The notes: generated by a model from the letters alone, not told the origin. A stretch of 64,000 nt of DNA from Thalassobaculum sp. (GCF_040219215.1 NZ_JAVJSX010000024.1:32403-96402), one strand, 5' to 3'. Counted from the first letter of the stretch, positions 1 through 10,437 are shown. Translations and numbers: made by a program.

Positions 1-285
1 CGCGACGCCCCCTGGTCCGTAGCCCTCGTAGCGAACGTCCTCGTAGTTGCTGTCGTCACCGCCGCCCGAGCCCTTCTTGATGGCACGCTCGATGTTGTCC
101 TTCGGCATGTTCTCCTTGCGCGCGGCAAGGATCGCCGAGCGCAGCGCCGGGTTCGCCGCGGGGTCGTCGCCGGCCTTGGCGGCGATCTGCAACTCGCGGG
201 TCAGGCGCGTGAAGATCTTGGCGCGCTTCTTATCCTGCGCGCCCTTGCGATACATGATGTTCTTGAACTGGGAATGACCAGCCAT
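1..285 (-). CDS. YebC/PmpR family DNA-binding transcriptional regulator, N-terminal part (gene runs off the window start)
   Basis: Minus-strand reading from the ATG at 283-285 gives [76 protein letters not shown]..., the canonical YebC N-terminus. It is absent from the ORF track because there is no stop inside the window. Confidence 0.85.
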   Translation of the reverse strand, partial: MAGHSQFKNIMYRKGAQDKKRAKIFTRLTRELQIAAKAGDDPAANPALRSAILAARKENMPKDNIERAIKKGSGGGDDSNYEDVRYEGYGPGGVA

Positions 286-608
286 CTCATACACTCCCGG
301 CCGCGACGCATCGTGCCGCGGGCGCTGCTTTGATACCATATGTAGGGGTCTGGCGCATCATCGCGCAAGGCGATGCGCGCCGCGACCGAACGCCGAATCG
401 GCGCCGACGCGCTTCTACCACGCGGACTCGGCTCCGTCGCGCGGTAATGGTGTTTCGATCGGACGGACCGCGAGGGCATGGCGGAAGCCGACACCGGCAT
501 GCCATCATCCTCGCCACATGGCGGCGCTTCGTCCGTCCGTTTCCCCGCCTCGATCTGCGAATGCAACGACATTGCGGCTCGCGACACCAATGAAGGACGA
601 CCGATTCA

Positions 609-1625
609 ATGCGACATCAGGTGCTGCTGATTGACCCGCTCTATCACATCGGCGGTGAGCGGGCGCTGCGCGAGCAGGTCGACGTCACCCTGCTGGAGAA
701 GCCGACCCGCATGGCGGTTCTGGATGCGGCCAAGGCCGCGCACGGCATCTGCGGACGCTATCCGAATCGGGTCGACGCCGACGTGATCGAGGCCGCCGAG
801 GATCTGCTGGTGATCTGTTCGTCCGGGCGCGGCACCGACGCGATCGACATCGAGGCGGCCACCCGGCGCGGCGTGACCGTGGTGAACAATCCGGGTTTCG
901 GAAAGGTGCCGGTGTCCGAGCACGCGCTGTTCATGATGATGAGCCTGTCGCGCCACGGCGCGGAGCATGATGCGATGACCCGCACCGGACGTGGCTGGCA
1001 GGACCGCCTGGGCGCCGCCAACACCATTCATGACCTGGAAGGGGCGACCCTCGGGCTGGTCGGGTTCGGCCAGATCGGCACCGAGATGGCGCGCAAATGC
1101 GCCGGCGCATTCAGCATGCGTGTGATCGCCTACGACCCCTACGTAGCACCGGAGACCGCGGAAACCCTGGGCGTGACCCTGCTGCCGACGCTCGAAGAGG
1201 TGCTGGCCCAGGCCGACTATGTGTCGGTGCACGCCGAGTTGAACGACGAGACCCACCACATGTTCAATGACGCCGCGTTCGGCGCCATGCAGCCGCACGC
1301 CTGCCTGATCAACACCGCGCGCGGCAAGATCGTCGAGCAGGCAGCCCTGCACCGCGCCCTGACCAGCGGAACGATCCGGGCGGCCGCGCTGGACGTGTTC
1401 GAGGTCGAGCCGGTCGGACCGGACAACCCGCTGTGTGCGTTGGAGAATATCATCCTGTCGCCGCATGTCGGCGGGCTGACCGCTGGCTTCGCCGAAGCCA
1501 GCGCGATGTCGGTGGCCCAACAGATGCTGTCGGTGTTCCGCGGGGAGTACCCGGAGAACATCCGCAACCCCGACGCGTGGGAGCGCACCAAGCAGCGCGC
1601 CATGCGGCTGCTGGCGGGACAATAG
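609..1625 (+). CDS. D-isomer specific 2-hydroxyacid dehydrogenase family (phosphoglycerate dehydrogenase-like)
   Basis: 338 aa. NAD-binding GLVGFGQIGTEMA Rossmann motif and the C-terminal ...NIILSPHVGG catalytic-His region typical of the family. Confidence 0.85.
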   Translation: MRHQVLLIDPLYHIGGERALREQVDVTLLEKPTRMAVLDAAKAAHGICGRYPNRVDADVIEAAEDLLVICSSGRGTDAIDIEAATRRGVTVVNNPGFGKVPVSEHALFMMMSLSRHGAEHDAMTRTGRGWQDRLGAANTIHDLEGATLGLVGFGQIGTEMARKCAGAFSMRVIAYDPYVAPETAETLGVTLLPTLEEVLAQADYVSVHAELNDETHHMFNDAAFGAMQPHACLINTARGKIVEQAALHRALTSGTIRAAALDVFEVEPVGPDNPLCALENIILSPHVGGLTAGFAEASAMSVAQQMLSVFRGEYPENIRNPDAWERTKQRAMRLLAGQ

Positions 1626-1632
1626 GACCGGA

Positions 1633-2445
1633 TTAGGTCGGCATCGCCTGGCTGAGCACGCCGCCGAGGCGGACCGGCTCGACCCGCTCGGCCAGGCCGG
1701 TGGCGTCGTTGGTCACCACGAACACGCCGCACAACGTCGCATCGCCATCGGCCGCTTCCAGCCGCGGCGTCGGCAGCTTGCGGGTGAAGCGGTCGATCGG
1801 AACGTCCTTCTTCATGCCGATGACGCTGTCGTAGTCGCCGCACATGCCGGCGTCGGTCTGGTAGGCGGTGCCGTTCGCCAGCACCATGGTATCGGCGGTC
1901 GGTACGTGGGTGTGGGTTCCGACCACCAGCGACACTCGGCCATCGAAGGCGTGGCCGAACGCCATCTTCTCGCTCGACGCCTCGCCGTGCAGGTCGACCA
2001 TGATGGCGTCGGCGTCCTGGCCCAGGGCCCAGCCGTCGATCGCCTTTTCGACCGCGGCGAACGGGTCGTCCAGCGGATCCATGAACAGCCGGCACATGGC
2101 GTTGATCACCAGCACCCGGTGGCCGCGCCGGCTTTCGAACACGCCCGCCCCGCGGCCCGGTGCGCCCTCCGGATAGTTGATCGGCCGGATCAGTGCCGGA
2201 TCGTCGGCGATGTAGTCGAGGATCTCGCGCTGGTCCCACACGTGATTGCCGGTGGTGATCACATCGACCCCGGCGTCATACAACTCGGCGCAGATCTTGG
2301 CGGTGATCCCGAAGCCGCCGGCCGCATTCTCGCCGTTGCAAACCACGAAATCCGTCGCAAGGTCGCGGATCAGGCCCGGCAGCCGCTCGGTCACGACCGT
2401 GCGGCCGGACCGGCCAACGACATCGCCCAGAAACAGGAGACGCAC
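1633..2445 (-). CDS. YmdB-like metallophosphoesterase (TIGR00282 family)
   Basis: 270 aa. N-terminus MRLLFLGDVVGRSGR... and NGENAAGGFGIT, GNHVWD motifs are characteristic of the family. Confidence 0.85.
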   Translation of the reverse strand: MRLLFLGDVVGRSGRTVVTERLPGLIRDLATDFVVCNGENAAGGFGITAKICAELYDAGVDVITTGNHVWDQREILDYIADDPALIRPINYPEGAPGRGAGVFESRRGHRVLVINAMCRLFMDPLDDPFAAVEKAIDGWALGQDADAIMVDLHGEASSEKMAFGHAFDGRVSLVVGTHTHVPTADTMVLANGTAYQTDAGMCGDYDSVIGMKKDVPIDRFTRKLPTPRLEAADGDATLCGVFVVTNDATGLAERVEPVRLGGVLSQAMPT

Positions 2446-2450
2446 TACCC

Positions 2451-3065
2451 TTACTCCGAGAAATCGAGGTAGCCGCGCTCGGTCACCACGCCGTCCAGGC
2501 GGGCATCCTCCGGTCCGGCCGGCACCGCGGTGACCTCCTGGTCCGCATAGGCGACACCAATTGCCTGGACCGCGAACCGGCCGCGCAGAGCCGCCAGCGT
2601 GCGATCATAGAAGCCGCCTCCATAACCCAGGCGTCGGCCAGCGCGATCGAAAGCCACCATCGGTACCAGCAGGAGCTGCGGTTCGACCACGTCCATGTCC
2701 TCGGACGGATGGAGCGTACCGTACGGACCGTCGTCGAGAGGTTCATCGCTCTCCCAGGCGCGGAACACCAGGGGTTGCCCCGGGGCGGTGACCACCGGCA
2801 ACGCGATTCGACAGCCGCGGGCCGACAGGGCTTCCAGGGTCGAGCGGGGGTCCAACTCGTCGCGCATCGGCCAGTATCCGGCCACCACCGTTCCCGAGCT
2901 CGGCGCAAACGACGCTGCGATCAGCGACGCAACCCGGGATCCGGCATCGGGCACCGCCGCCGCAATCTCGGCCCGCCGCTTCAGCAGCGGCGTGCGCAGA
3001 GCGGTCTTGGCGGCCCGCAACTCGTCCAGGTCGATATAGGCCTCAGCCTCGTCGCAATGAGTCAT
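2451..3065 (-). CDS. 5-formyltetrahydrofolate cyclo-ligase
   Basis: 204 aa. GYWPMRDELDP and GYGGGFYDRTLA motifs. Lies downstream of zapA as in the E. coli zapA-ssrS-ygfA locus. Confidence 0.85.
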   Translation of the reverse strand: MTHCDEAEAYIDLDELRAAKTALRTPLLKRRAEIAAAVPDAGSRVASLIAASFAPSSGTVVAGYWPMRDELDPRSTLEALSARGCRIALPVVTAPGQPLVFRAWESDEPLDDGPYGTLHPSEDMDVVEPQLLLVPMVAFDRAGRRLGYGGGFYDRTLAALRGRFAVQAIGVAYADQEVTAVPAGPEDARLDGVVTERGYLDFSE

Positions 3066-3089
3066 GATCTCCGGAAAGTCGGTGCGCGG

Positions 3090-3265
3090 CGTGGATGTGA
3101 CGGAGCCGCCTCGGCCGTCGGCCAGTGATTACCCTTCTGTGGCCTGCCAAGACAGGTGGGTGCCGCAATGCCGAGACCACGGTCCCGACAGAGGCAGCTC
3201 CCTAGAAGGATGGTATCGCCCCAGGGGTAAATGCGACCTTAACGAACCGCGCAGCCCCGTCAGGT
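3090..3265 (-). ncRNA. ssrS: Putative 6S RNA
   Basis: About 200-nt gap between zapA and the cyclo-ligase with no plausible coding ORF, all on the same strand. This is the conserved zapA-ssrS-ygfA synteny. The gap ends are complementary (minus strand GACGGGGCUGC at 3251-3261 against GCGGCUCCGUC at 3099-3109). Boundaries are approximate and no covariance model was run. Confidence 0.5.
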
Positions 3266-3271
3266 CCCAAT

Positions 3272-3601
3272 CTAGGGACCCTCGAGCCGAACGGCAATAC
3301 GCTCAATGCGTTCGGCGAGCCCGTCCATGGTCAGAGCCAGGTCGTCGAGTTCGCTGGGGCTGAACTCCTCCTCGCCCTCGTCGACCTCGTTGGCGGCGTC
3401 GCGCAGGTCGACCAGTTCGTCGGCAACCAGCAGGCTGGCCATCACCATCAGCCGGGTATCGCCGACCTGGCCGACCTGGGACACCAGATCCTTCACATGG
3501 GCGTCGACCATGTGCGCCAGCTCGCGCAGACGCGGTTCCTGCCCGTCCTCGCAGGCGATCCGGTAAGCCTTGCCGTTGATCTGGATATCGACCTGGGCCA
3601 T
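3272..3601 (-). CDS. zapA: Cell division protein ZapA
   Basis: Internal start of ORF 3272..3709. MAQVDIQINGKAYRIACEDGQEPRLRELAHMVDAHVKDL... is a typical ZapA N-terminus. The upstream part of the ORF is Arg/Ser-rich junk. Confidence 0.85.
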   Translation of the reverse strand: MAQVDIQINGKAYRIACEDGQEPRLRELAHMVDAHVKDLVSQVGQVGDTRLMVMASLLVADELVDLRDAANEVDEGEEEFSPSELDDLALTMDGLAERIERIAVRLEGP

Positions 3602-3605
3602 CGCC

Positions 3606-3830
3606 TCAGTTCTCCAGCACGATTTCGAGCCGACCGATGGTGCTCTGCAAGCGGCTGTCGACCTCCGCCGCGGTCTTCGACAGCGCCGCGTAGTCGCGCT
3701 TGACCGCAAGGAGTTCGGCCTTCAGCGCGGCATCGCCGGCAGAGCCGTTGGCGCCGAGTCCATCGAGTGCCCGCTCCAGACGGGCCACCGCTTTGTCCAG
3801 CCTGTCCCGCGCCGTCGCCAATCGCGACAT
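3606..3830 (-). CDS. DUF4164-like small coiled-coil protein, commonly upstream of zapA in alphaproteobacteria
   Basis: 74-aa internal start of ORF 3606..4193: MSRLATARDRLDKAVARLERALDGL...RLQSTIGRLEIVLEN. Only 4 nt separate it from the zapA start. Confidence 0.65.
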   Translation of the reverse strand: MSRLATARDRLDKAVARLERALDGLGANGSAGDAALKAELLAVKRDYAALSKTAAEVDSRLQSTIGRLEIVLEN

Positions 3831-4056
3831 ATGGAATGCCCCTTTGTAATCGAGATCGCAACGAACCGAGGCCCCGCATTTCAAGGCATAAGCCCGCGAC
3901 CTTGAAGCGCCGCATGATACCGGCGGCAGGTCCCGCCCGTCAACGCAACGTGCAGACGCGACGGCCGCCTTGACGCGCAGCGCCTGCGTCGGCATGTTCC
4001 GCGCCATCAAGGCGCCGGCCGAGTCCGGCCCGCCCTCCGACCCCGCGACAAGCGCC

Positions 4057-6084
4057 ATGACAACTAAGCCCTCGGCCCGCGGAGCCGCTCTCGCCTCCGG
4101 CACCCACAAATCTCTTGCGAACGCGATCCGCGCGCTCGCGATGGACGCCGTGGAGGCTGCCAGCTCCGGCCATCCGGGCATGCCCATGGGCATGGCCGAT
4201 GCGGCCGTGGTGCTGTTTGCCGAGCAACTCCGTTTCGACCCCCGTCGCCCTGACTGGCCCGATCGCGACCGTTTCGTGCTGTCCGCCGGCCACGGTTCGA
4301 TGCTGCTGTACGCCTTGCTGCATCTGACCGGCTATCCGGGGATGACGATCGACGAGTTGAAGCGGTTCCGCCAGATCGGGTCCAAGACCGCCGGTCACCC
4401 CGAATACGGCGCCGCCCCCGGCATCGAAACCACGACCGGTCCGCTCGGGCAGGGTTTCGGCAACGGCGTCGGCATGGCGATCGCGGAGCGGCACCTGAAC
4501 GCCCGCTTCGGCGACGATCTGGTCAACCACCGCACCTGGGTGATCGCAGGCGATGGCTGCCTCATGGAAGGCATCAGCCACGAAGCCGCCTCGCTGGCCG
4601 GGCATCTCGGCCTCGGCCGTCTGAACGTTCTGTGGGACGACAACAGGATCTCGATCGACGGCCCGACCGACCTGACGCTATCGGACGACGTGCCGGCTCG
4701 CTTCGTGTCCTATGACTGGCATGTCGTGTCGGCGGACGGTCACGATCCGCAATCGATCTCGGCGGCACTTGCCGAGGCGGCCGCCGATCCTCGTCCATCG
4801 CTGATCGCCTGCCGGACGACCATCGGCTTCGGCGCACCGACCAAGGGCGGCACCGCCGGGAGCCACGGCGCACCGCTTGGCGCGGCCGAGATTGCGGCCA
4901 CCCGCGAGGCCATCGGCTGGCCGCACGCGCCGTTCGAGATCCCGAGCGACGTCCAGGCTGCAGGTCTTGCGCTGGGCGACCGCGGCGGCGTCGAGAACGA
5001 CGAGTGGCAGGGCCGGCTCGAGGCAGCCGATCCGGCGGTCCGCGCCGAGTTCGAGCGGGTGATGGCCGGTGAACTGCCGGCCGCGTTCTCCGACGCGGTC
5101 CATTCGCTGAAGGCGACCCTCGCCTCCGATCCGCCGAAGCTGGCCAGCCGGGTTGCCTCGCAGCGCGCAATCGAGGCGATCGCGCCAACCCTGCCGGAAC
5201 TCCTCGGCGGGTCCGCCGACCTGTCCGGGTCGAACAACACCAAGGTCAAGTCGCAGGCGATCATGACCCGCGACAACGCCAGCGGCAGCTACCTGCACTA
5301 CGGCGTGCGCGAGCATGCCATGGCCGCCGCCATGAACGGCATGGCGTTGCACGGCGGGGTGATTCCGTACGGCGGCACTTTCCTGGTGTTCACCGACTAC
5401 TGCCGGCCGTCGATCCGCCTGGCCGCCCTGATGGGGATCCGGGTGGTGTACGTGATGACCCACGACTCCATCGGCCTCGGCGAAGACGGCCCGACTCACC
5501 AGCCGGTCGAGCATTTGGCAGCCCTGCGCTGCATCCCCAACCTGCATGTGCACCGGCCGGCCGACGCGGTCGAGACCGCGGAGTGCTGGCAGGTCGCGCT
5601 GGAGCGGGTCGATGGCCCGTCGGTTCTGACGCTGACCCGCCAAGGTCTCCCGCCGGTCCGCACCACCCACTCCGGCGAAAACCGGGTACAGCGCGGCGGC
5701 TATGTGCTGATCGAGGCCGACGGCGCGCGTCAGGTCACGCTGATCGCCACCGGGTCCGAAGTCGACATCGCCCGGAAAGCGCGGGACCTGCTGGCAGCCG
5801 ACGGAATCGGCGCGGCTGTCGTCTCGATGCCGTGCAAGGAGTTGTTCGCGGTCCAGGACACCGCCTACCGGGATCAAGTCCTGGGGAATAGAACGGTTCG
5901 CGTCGCGGTCGAGGCCGGCGTGCGCATGCCGTGGGAAGCCGACATCGGACCGGACGGCGGCTTCGTCGGCATGTCCGATTTCGGTGCGTCCGGTCCCTAT
6001 GAGGAACTGTACAAGCACTTCGGGATTACGCCGGAGGCCGTGGCCGACGAAGCCCGCCGCCGGCTAGCCGCGCGGAAGACCTGA
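4057..6084 (+). CDS. tkt: Transketolase
   Basis: ATG at 4057 gives MTTKPS...[31 protein letters not shown].... TPP-binding [13 protein letters not shown] motif and full-length transketolase architecture. Confidence 0.95.
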   Translation: MTTKPSARGAALASGTHKSLANAIRALAMDAVEAASSGHPGMPMGMADAAVVLFAEQLRFDPRRPDWPDRDRFVLSAGHGSMLLYALLHLTGYPGMTIDELKRFRQIGSKTAGHPEYGAAPGIETTTGPLGQGFGNGVGMAIAERHLNARFGDDLVNHRTWVIAGDGCLMEGISHEAASLAGHLGLGRLNVLWDDNRISIDGPTDLTLSDDVPARFVSYDWHVVSADGHDPQSISAALAEAAADPRPSLIACRTTIGFGAPTKGGTAGSHGAPLGAAEIAATREAIGWPHAPFEIPSDVQAAGLALGDRGGVENDEWQGRLEAADPAVRAEFERVMAGELPAAFSDAVHSLKATLASDPPKLASRVASQRAIEAIAPTLPELLGGSADLSGSNNTKVKSQAIMTRDNASGSYLHYGVREHAMAAAMNGMALHGGVIPYGGTFLVFTDYCRPSIRLAALMGIRVVYVMTHDSIGLGEDGPTHQPVEHLAALRCIPNLHVHRPADAVETAECWQVALERVDGPSVLTLTRQGLPPVRTTHSGENRVQRGGYVLIEADGARQVTLIATGSEVDIARKARDLLAADGIGAAVVSMPCKELFAVQDTAYRDQVLGNRTVRVAVEAGVRMPWEADIGPDGGFVGMSDFGASGPYEELYKHFGITPEAVADEARRRLAARKT

Positions 6085-6092
6085 CCACACGG

Positions 6093-6133
6093 CCGGCGGG
6101 CGCAACCGGTTCCGCCGTCGGGGGTTGCTTTTT
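6093..6133 (+). terminator. Possible intrinsic terminator or attenuating hairpin between tkt and gap
   Basis: GCAACC (6102-6107) pairs with GGTTGC (6123-6128) and is followed by TTTTT (6129-6133). An alternative CGGCGG/CCGCCG stem overlaps it. Confidence 0.35.
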
Positions 6134-6148
6134 GGTTTCGAGGAGAAG

Positions 6149-7165
6149 ATGGCCATGGCGACGAAGATCGCGATTAACGGTTTCGGACGGATCGGGCGGC
6201 TGGTGTTGCGCGCGCTGCACGAGAGCAAGCGCGACGATCTCCAGGTGGTGTCGATCAACGACCTGGGCCCGGTCGAGACCAACGCCCACCTGCTGCGCTA
6301 CGACAGCGTCCACGGCCGGTTCTCGGGCGAGGTGACCACCGGCGAAGACTGGATGGACATCGGCCGCGGCAAGATCAAGGTGACCGCCGAGCGCGACCCG
6401 GCGAAGCTGCCGCATGCCGAGCTCGGCGTCGATATTGCGCTGGAGTGCACCGGGCTGTTCACCGCCCGCGAGAAGGCCGCCCTGCACCTGGAGGCCGGCG
6501 CAAAGCGGGTGCTGATCTCGGCCCCGGCCACCGGCGCCGACCTGACCGTGGTGTACGGCGTGAACCACGACAAGATCGAGAAGGGCCACACGGTCATCTC
6601 GAACGCGTCCTGCACCACCAACTGCCTCGCACCTGTCGCCTTCGTCCTGAACAACGCGATCGGCATCGAACGCGGCTACATGACCACCATCCATTCCTAC
6701 ACCGGCGACCAGCCGACGCTGGACACGATGCACAAGGATCTGCTTCGCGGTCGGGCTGCGGCCATCTCGATGATCCCGACGTCGACCGGCGCCGCCAAGG
6801 CCGTCGGCCTGGTGCTGCCGGAACTGGCCGGAAAGCTGGACGGCACCTCGATCCGGGTCCCGACCCCGAACGTCAGCGTGGTCGACTTCAAGTTCGTGCC
6901 GAAGCGCTCGACCACCGTCGAGGAAGTCAACGCCGCGATCGTCGCCGCCGCCAACAGCAACGCGCTGAAGGGCATCCTCGGCACCAACGAGGCGCCGCTG
7001 GTCTCCAGCGACTTCAACCATGACAGCCACAGCTCGACCCTGGACCTGAAGCAGACCCAGGTCGTCGAAGGCCAGCTGGTGCGCGTGCTGTCCTGGTACG
7101 ACAACGAGTGGGGTTTCTCGAACCGGATGCTCGACACCGCCGCGACCATCGCGCGGACCCTGTAA
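6149..7165 (+). CDS. gap: Type I glyceraldehyde-3-phosphate dehydrogenase
   Basis: MAMATKIAINGFGRIGRLV...SNASCTTNCLAP active-site motif. The start could instead be the ATG at 6155. AGGAGA Shine-Dalgarno sequence just upstream. Confidence 0.95.
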   Translation: MAMATKIAINGFGRIGRLVLRALHESKRDDLQVVSINDLGPVETNAHLLRYDSVHGRFSGEVTTGEDWMDIGRGKIKVTAERDPAKLPHAELGVDIALECTGLFTAREKAALHLEAGAKRVLISAPATGADLTVVYGVNHDKIEKGHTVISNASCTTNCLAPVAFVLNNAIGIERGYMTTIHSYTGDQPTLDTMHKDLLRGRAAAISMIPTSTGAAKAVGLVLPELAGKLDGTSIRVPTPNVSVVDFKFVPKRSTTVEEVNAAIVAAANSNALKGILGTNEAPLVSSDFNHDSHSSTLDLKQTQVVEGQLVRVLSWYDNEWGFSNRMLDTAATIARTL

Positions 7166-7219
7166 GCGTCCATCACACATCCACGTGCAGGCGCCTGCCG
7201 GATCCCAAGGAGACGACGA

Positions 7220-8149
7220 ATGAAGATCACCCAGCGGGTCAAGAAGATCCTGGACTGCTACGAGAGCGACAACCCCGGGACCAAGGGCAACCTAGCCCGC
7301 ATCCTGATGCAGGGCAAGCTGGGGGGAACCGGCAAGGTCGTGATCCTGCCGGTCGACCAGGGCTTCGAGCACGGCCCGGCCCGCAGCTTCGCGCCGAATC
7401 CGGCCGCGTACGACCCGCACTATCACTTCAAGCTGGCGATCGACGCCGGGCTGTCGGCCTATGCCGCACCGCTCGGCATGCTGGAGGCCGGTGCCGACAG
7501 CTTTGCCGGTGCCATCCCGACCATCCTGAAGGTCAACTCCTCGAACAGCCTGTCGCGTGAGAAGGAAGGCCCGTACCAGGCGCTGACGGGCTCGGTCGGT
7601 GATGCTCTGCGGCTCGGCTGCTCAGCGATCGGCTTCACGATCTACCCGGGCTCGGACTCGGCGTTCGAGATGATGGGGCAGATCCGCGAGATGGCCGAGG
7701 AGGCCAAGTCGGTCGGCCTCGCCGTCGTGATCTGGTCGTATCCGCGCGGCGGCAACCTGTCGAAGGTCGGGGAAACCGCGGTCGACATCTGCGCCTACGC
7801 CGCCCACATGGCCGCCCTGATGGGCGCGCACATCATCAAGGTCAAGCCGCCGCAGCCCAACCTTGAGCTGGACGCCGCCAAGAAGGTCTACGAGGCCCAG
7901 AAGATCAAGACCGACACCCTGGCCGACCGCGTCCGCCACGTCATGCAGTCGTCGTTCGCCGGCCGCCGCATCGTGGTGTTCTCGGGCGGCGAGGCCAAGG
8001 ACCTGAACGGCATCCTGGGCGAGATCCGCGAACTCGCCGAGGGCGGCGCCAACGGCTCGATCATCGGCCGCAACACCTTCCAGCGGCCGCGTGACGAGGC
8101 CCTGGCGATGCTCGGCCAGATCATCGACATCTACCGCGGCAAGGCGTGA
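7220..8149 (+). CDS. Class I fructose-bisphosphate aldolase (DhnA/FbaB-type, DeoC/LacD superfamily)
   Basis: 309 aa. MKITQRVKKILDCYESDNPGTKGNLARIL...ILPVDQGFEHGP and the IIKVK Schiff-base lysine region resemble FbaB-type aldolases. Confidence 0.8.
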   Translation: MKITQRVKKILDCYESDNPGTKGNLARILMQGKLGGTGKVVILPVDQGFEHGPARSFAPNPAAYDPHYHFKLAIDAGLSAYAAPLGMLEAGADSFAGAIPTILKVNSSNSLSREKEGPYQALTGSVGDALRLGCSAIGFTIYPGSDSAFEMMGQIREMAEEAKSVGLAVVIWSYPRGGNLSKVGETAVDICAYAAHMAALMGAHIIKVKPPQPNLELDAAKKVYEAQKIKTDTLADRVRHVMQSSFAGRRIVVFSGGEAKDLNGILGEIRELAEGGANGSIIGRNTFQRPRDEALAMLGQIIDIYRGKA

Positions 8150-8838
8150 GCGACCGCAACAACATGGGGCTGGGGACGCCCGATGAACGCGTCCCCACCC
8201 AGCTCTACCTGATCACCCCGCCACGGATCGACGACCTCGACGGCTTCGCCGACCGGTTGGCCGAAGCGCTTGATGCCGGCCCGGTCGCGTGCCTGCAGAT
8301 CCGCCTGAAGGACGTCGACGACGACACGGTCCGGCGGGCCACCGAGCGGCTGCTGCCGGTCGCCCACGAGCGCGGCGTGCCGGTGCTGATGAACGATAGC
8401 GCCAAGCTGGCGCTGGAGACCGGCTGCGACGGCGTCCACGTCGGCCAGGAGGACACCCCCTACGCCGAGGCGCGCCGTCTGCTCGGTGGCCGGGCGATGA
8501 TCGGCGTCACGTGCAAGGCCAGCCGGCATCTGGCGATGGCTGCCGCCGAGGCCGGCGCCGACTACGTCGCGTTCGGCGCGTTTTTCGAGACCGCCACCAA
8601 GCAGTCGGAGACCCGGGCCCCGCTGGAGATCCTGGAGTGGTGGCAGGACATCGCCCTGGTGCCCTGCGTCGCGATCGGCGGCATCACTCCGGACAACTGC
8701 GGCCCGCTGGTCGAGGCCGGCGCCGATTTCCTGGCGGTGGTCGGGGCGGTCTGGAACCGCCCGGATGGGCCGGGAGCCGCGGTCAAGGCCTTCGAGGCGG
8801 CGATAGCCCGCAGCATGGACTCCGCGCGTTCCGCCTGA
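8146..8838 (+). CDS. thiE: Thiamine-phosphate synthase
   Basis: GTG start overlaps the fba stop (GTGA). LYLITPP...LQIRLKD...GVHVGQED...GVTCK...ADYVAFGAFF...AIGGIT motifs are typical of ThiE. Confidence 0.85.
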   Translation: MSDRNNMGLGTPDERVPTQLYLITPPRIDDLDGFADRLAEALDAGPVACLQIRLKDVDDDTVRRATERLLPVAHERGVPVLMNDSAKLALETGCDGVHVGQEDTPYAEARRLLGGRAMIGVTCKASRHLAMAAAEAGADYVAFGAFFETATKQSETRAPLEILEWWQDIALVPCVAIGGITPDNCGPLVEAGADFLAVVGAVWNRPDGPGAAVKAFEAAIARSMDSARSA

Positions 8839-8889
8839 TACAAGCCCGCGCGTCCAAGAACACGTCAAATCAGTCACGGAATTCGGGCC

Positions 8890-9456
8890 ATGAAGATCAA
8901 CGGCAACGCGGTGCGCGTCGGCAACGTCGTCGAGCACCAGAACCGACTCTGGGTCGTCACCAAGACCCAGGCGGTGAAGCCCGGCAAGGGCGGCGCCTTC
9001 AATCAGGTCGAGATGAAGGACATCCGCAGCGGCACCAAGCTGAACGAGCGGTTCCGCGCCGACGCCCAGGTCGAACGGGTCCGACTGGAACAACGCCAGG
9101 CGACCTTCCTGTTCCGCGAAGGCGACATGCTGACCTTCATGGACAGCGAGACCTTTGAGCAGACGGTCGTGAACGCCGAACTGGTCGGCGATCCGGCAGC
9201 GTTCCTGCAGGACGGCATGGTCGTGCAGGTCGAGACCTACGAGGAAGAGCCGCTGTCCGTGGTGTTGCCTGATACCGTGGTGATGGAAGTCGTGGAAGCC
9301 GACGCGGTGGTCAAGGGCCAGACCGCGTCCAGTTCCTACAAGCCGGCCGTGCTTGAGAACGGCGTGCGCGTCATGGTGCCGCCGTTCATCGAGACCGGCA
9401 CCCGGATCGTCGTGAAGCCGGAAGACGCCAGCTACGTCGAGCGCGCCAAGGACTGA
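8890..9456 (+). CDS. efp: Elongation factor P
   Basis: 188 aa. ...[20 protein letters not shown]... is the conserved loop around the modified Lys/Arg position. Confidence 0.95.
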   Translation: MKINGNAVRVGNVVEHQNRLWVVTKTQAVKPGKGGAFNQVEMKDIRSGTKLNERFRADAQVERVRLEQRQATFLFREGDMLTFMDSETFEQTVVNAELVGDPAAFLQDGMVVQVETYEEEPLSVVLPDTVVMEVVEADAVVKGQTASSSYKPAVLENGVRVMVPPFIETGTRIVVKPEDASYVERAKD

Positions 9457-9530
9457 CGCGTCCCACCGGACGCACGCTGCCGGAGCCGCGCCAACCGGGC
9501 GCGCCCGACCTTACCCGCGGGAGATCGCCC

Positions 9531-10349
9531 ATGGCCGTCCGCTCGGCCCTGTACAACGTCGTCTTCAAGGCCTGCCAGAAGGCGTCGCGCAGTCTCAAGC
9601 GCGACTTCGGCGAGGACGAGAACCTGCAGGTCTCCAAGAAAGGTCCGGTCGACTTCGTGTCGACCGCCGACCATCAGGCCGAGCGCATCCTGAAGGAGGA
9701 GCTCAGCCGGGCGCGCCCGGATTTCGGGCTGCTGATGGAGGAGTCGGGTACGGTCAAGGCCGCCGATGACCTGGGCCGCCGATGGATCGTCGATCCGCTG
9801 GACGGCACACTGAACTTCCTGCACGGCATTCCGCACTTCGCGATCTCGGTGGCAGCCGAGGAGCGCGGCGAGATCGTGGCTGGCGCCGTCTACCAGCCGC
9901 TCACCGACGAATTCTTCTGGGCCGAGAAGGGCGCGGGTGCATTCCTGAACGACCGCCGCCTACGGGTCTCCGGTCGGCGCAGCCTGCAGGAAGCTGTGTT
10001 CGCCACCGGCATCCCGGTGACCGGGCTCGGCGGCGACCATGACCAGTTCATCGCCTACCAGCGTGCCGTCATGGAGAACACCGCCGGCGTCCGCCGGTTC
10101 GGCGCCGCGGCGCTCGACCTCGCCTGGGTCGCGGCCGGGCGGTTCGACGGCTTCTGGGAGATGAAGCTGAAGCCCTGGGACATAGCGGCCGGCCTGCTGC
10201 TGGTCCGTGAGGCCGGAGGCTATGTCACCGACTATGCCGGCCGCTCCAACGTCCTCGAATCGGGCGATGTGGTGGCAGCAAACGATCAGCTGCACGGCCC
10301 GATGCTGAAACTGCTGAAGAACGCGAAACCGAAGGCCGGCGCGGCCTGA
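9531..10349 (+). CDS. Inositol monophosphatase family protein (SuhB-like)
   Basis: 272 aa. WIVDPLDGTLNFLHGIP and AAALDLAWVAAGRFDGFWE motifs. Confidence 0.9.
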   Translation: MAVRSALYNVVFKACQKASRSLKRDFGEDENLQVSKKGPVDFVSTADHQAERILKEELSRARPDFGLLMEESGTVKAADDLGRRWIVDPLDGTLNFLHGIPHFAISVAAEERGEIVAGAVYQPLTDEFFWAEKGAGAFLNDRRLRVSGRRSLQEAVFATGIPVTGLGGDHDQFIAYQRAVMENTAGVRRFGAAALDLAWVAAGRFDGFWEMKLKPWDIAAGLLLVREAGGYVTDYAGRSNVLESGDVVAANDQLHGPMLKLLKNAKPKAGAA

Positions 10350-10437
10350 GGGCCTGTCCTCCCGGGTACCCCGGCGCTCGGTGTTGTCGAGGCGGGCGCC
10401 TCTGGTATAACCATCCGTCGAACGACGACCGGGAGGG

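Noticed and set aside
606-1622. 338-aa minus-strand ORF that exactly mirrors the 2-hydroxyacid dehydrogenase gene. Similar long antisense or out-of-frame ORFs occur at 30455-32158 (-), 4678-6018 (-), 6026-7180 (-), 25356-27074 (+) and 12924-14222 (-).
   Set aside because: These are typical shadow ORFs of high-GC DNA. Their translations are Arg/Gly/Pro/Ala-rich and lack family motifs, while the opposite or alternative frame gives a clear, motif-bearing protein.
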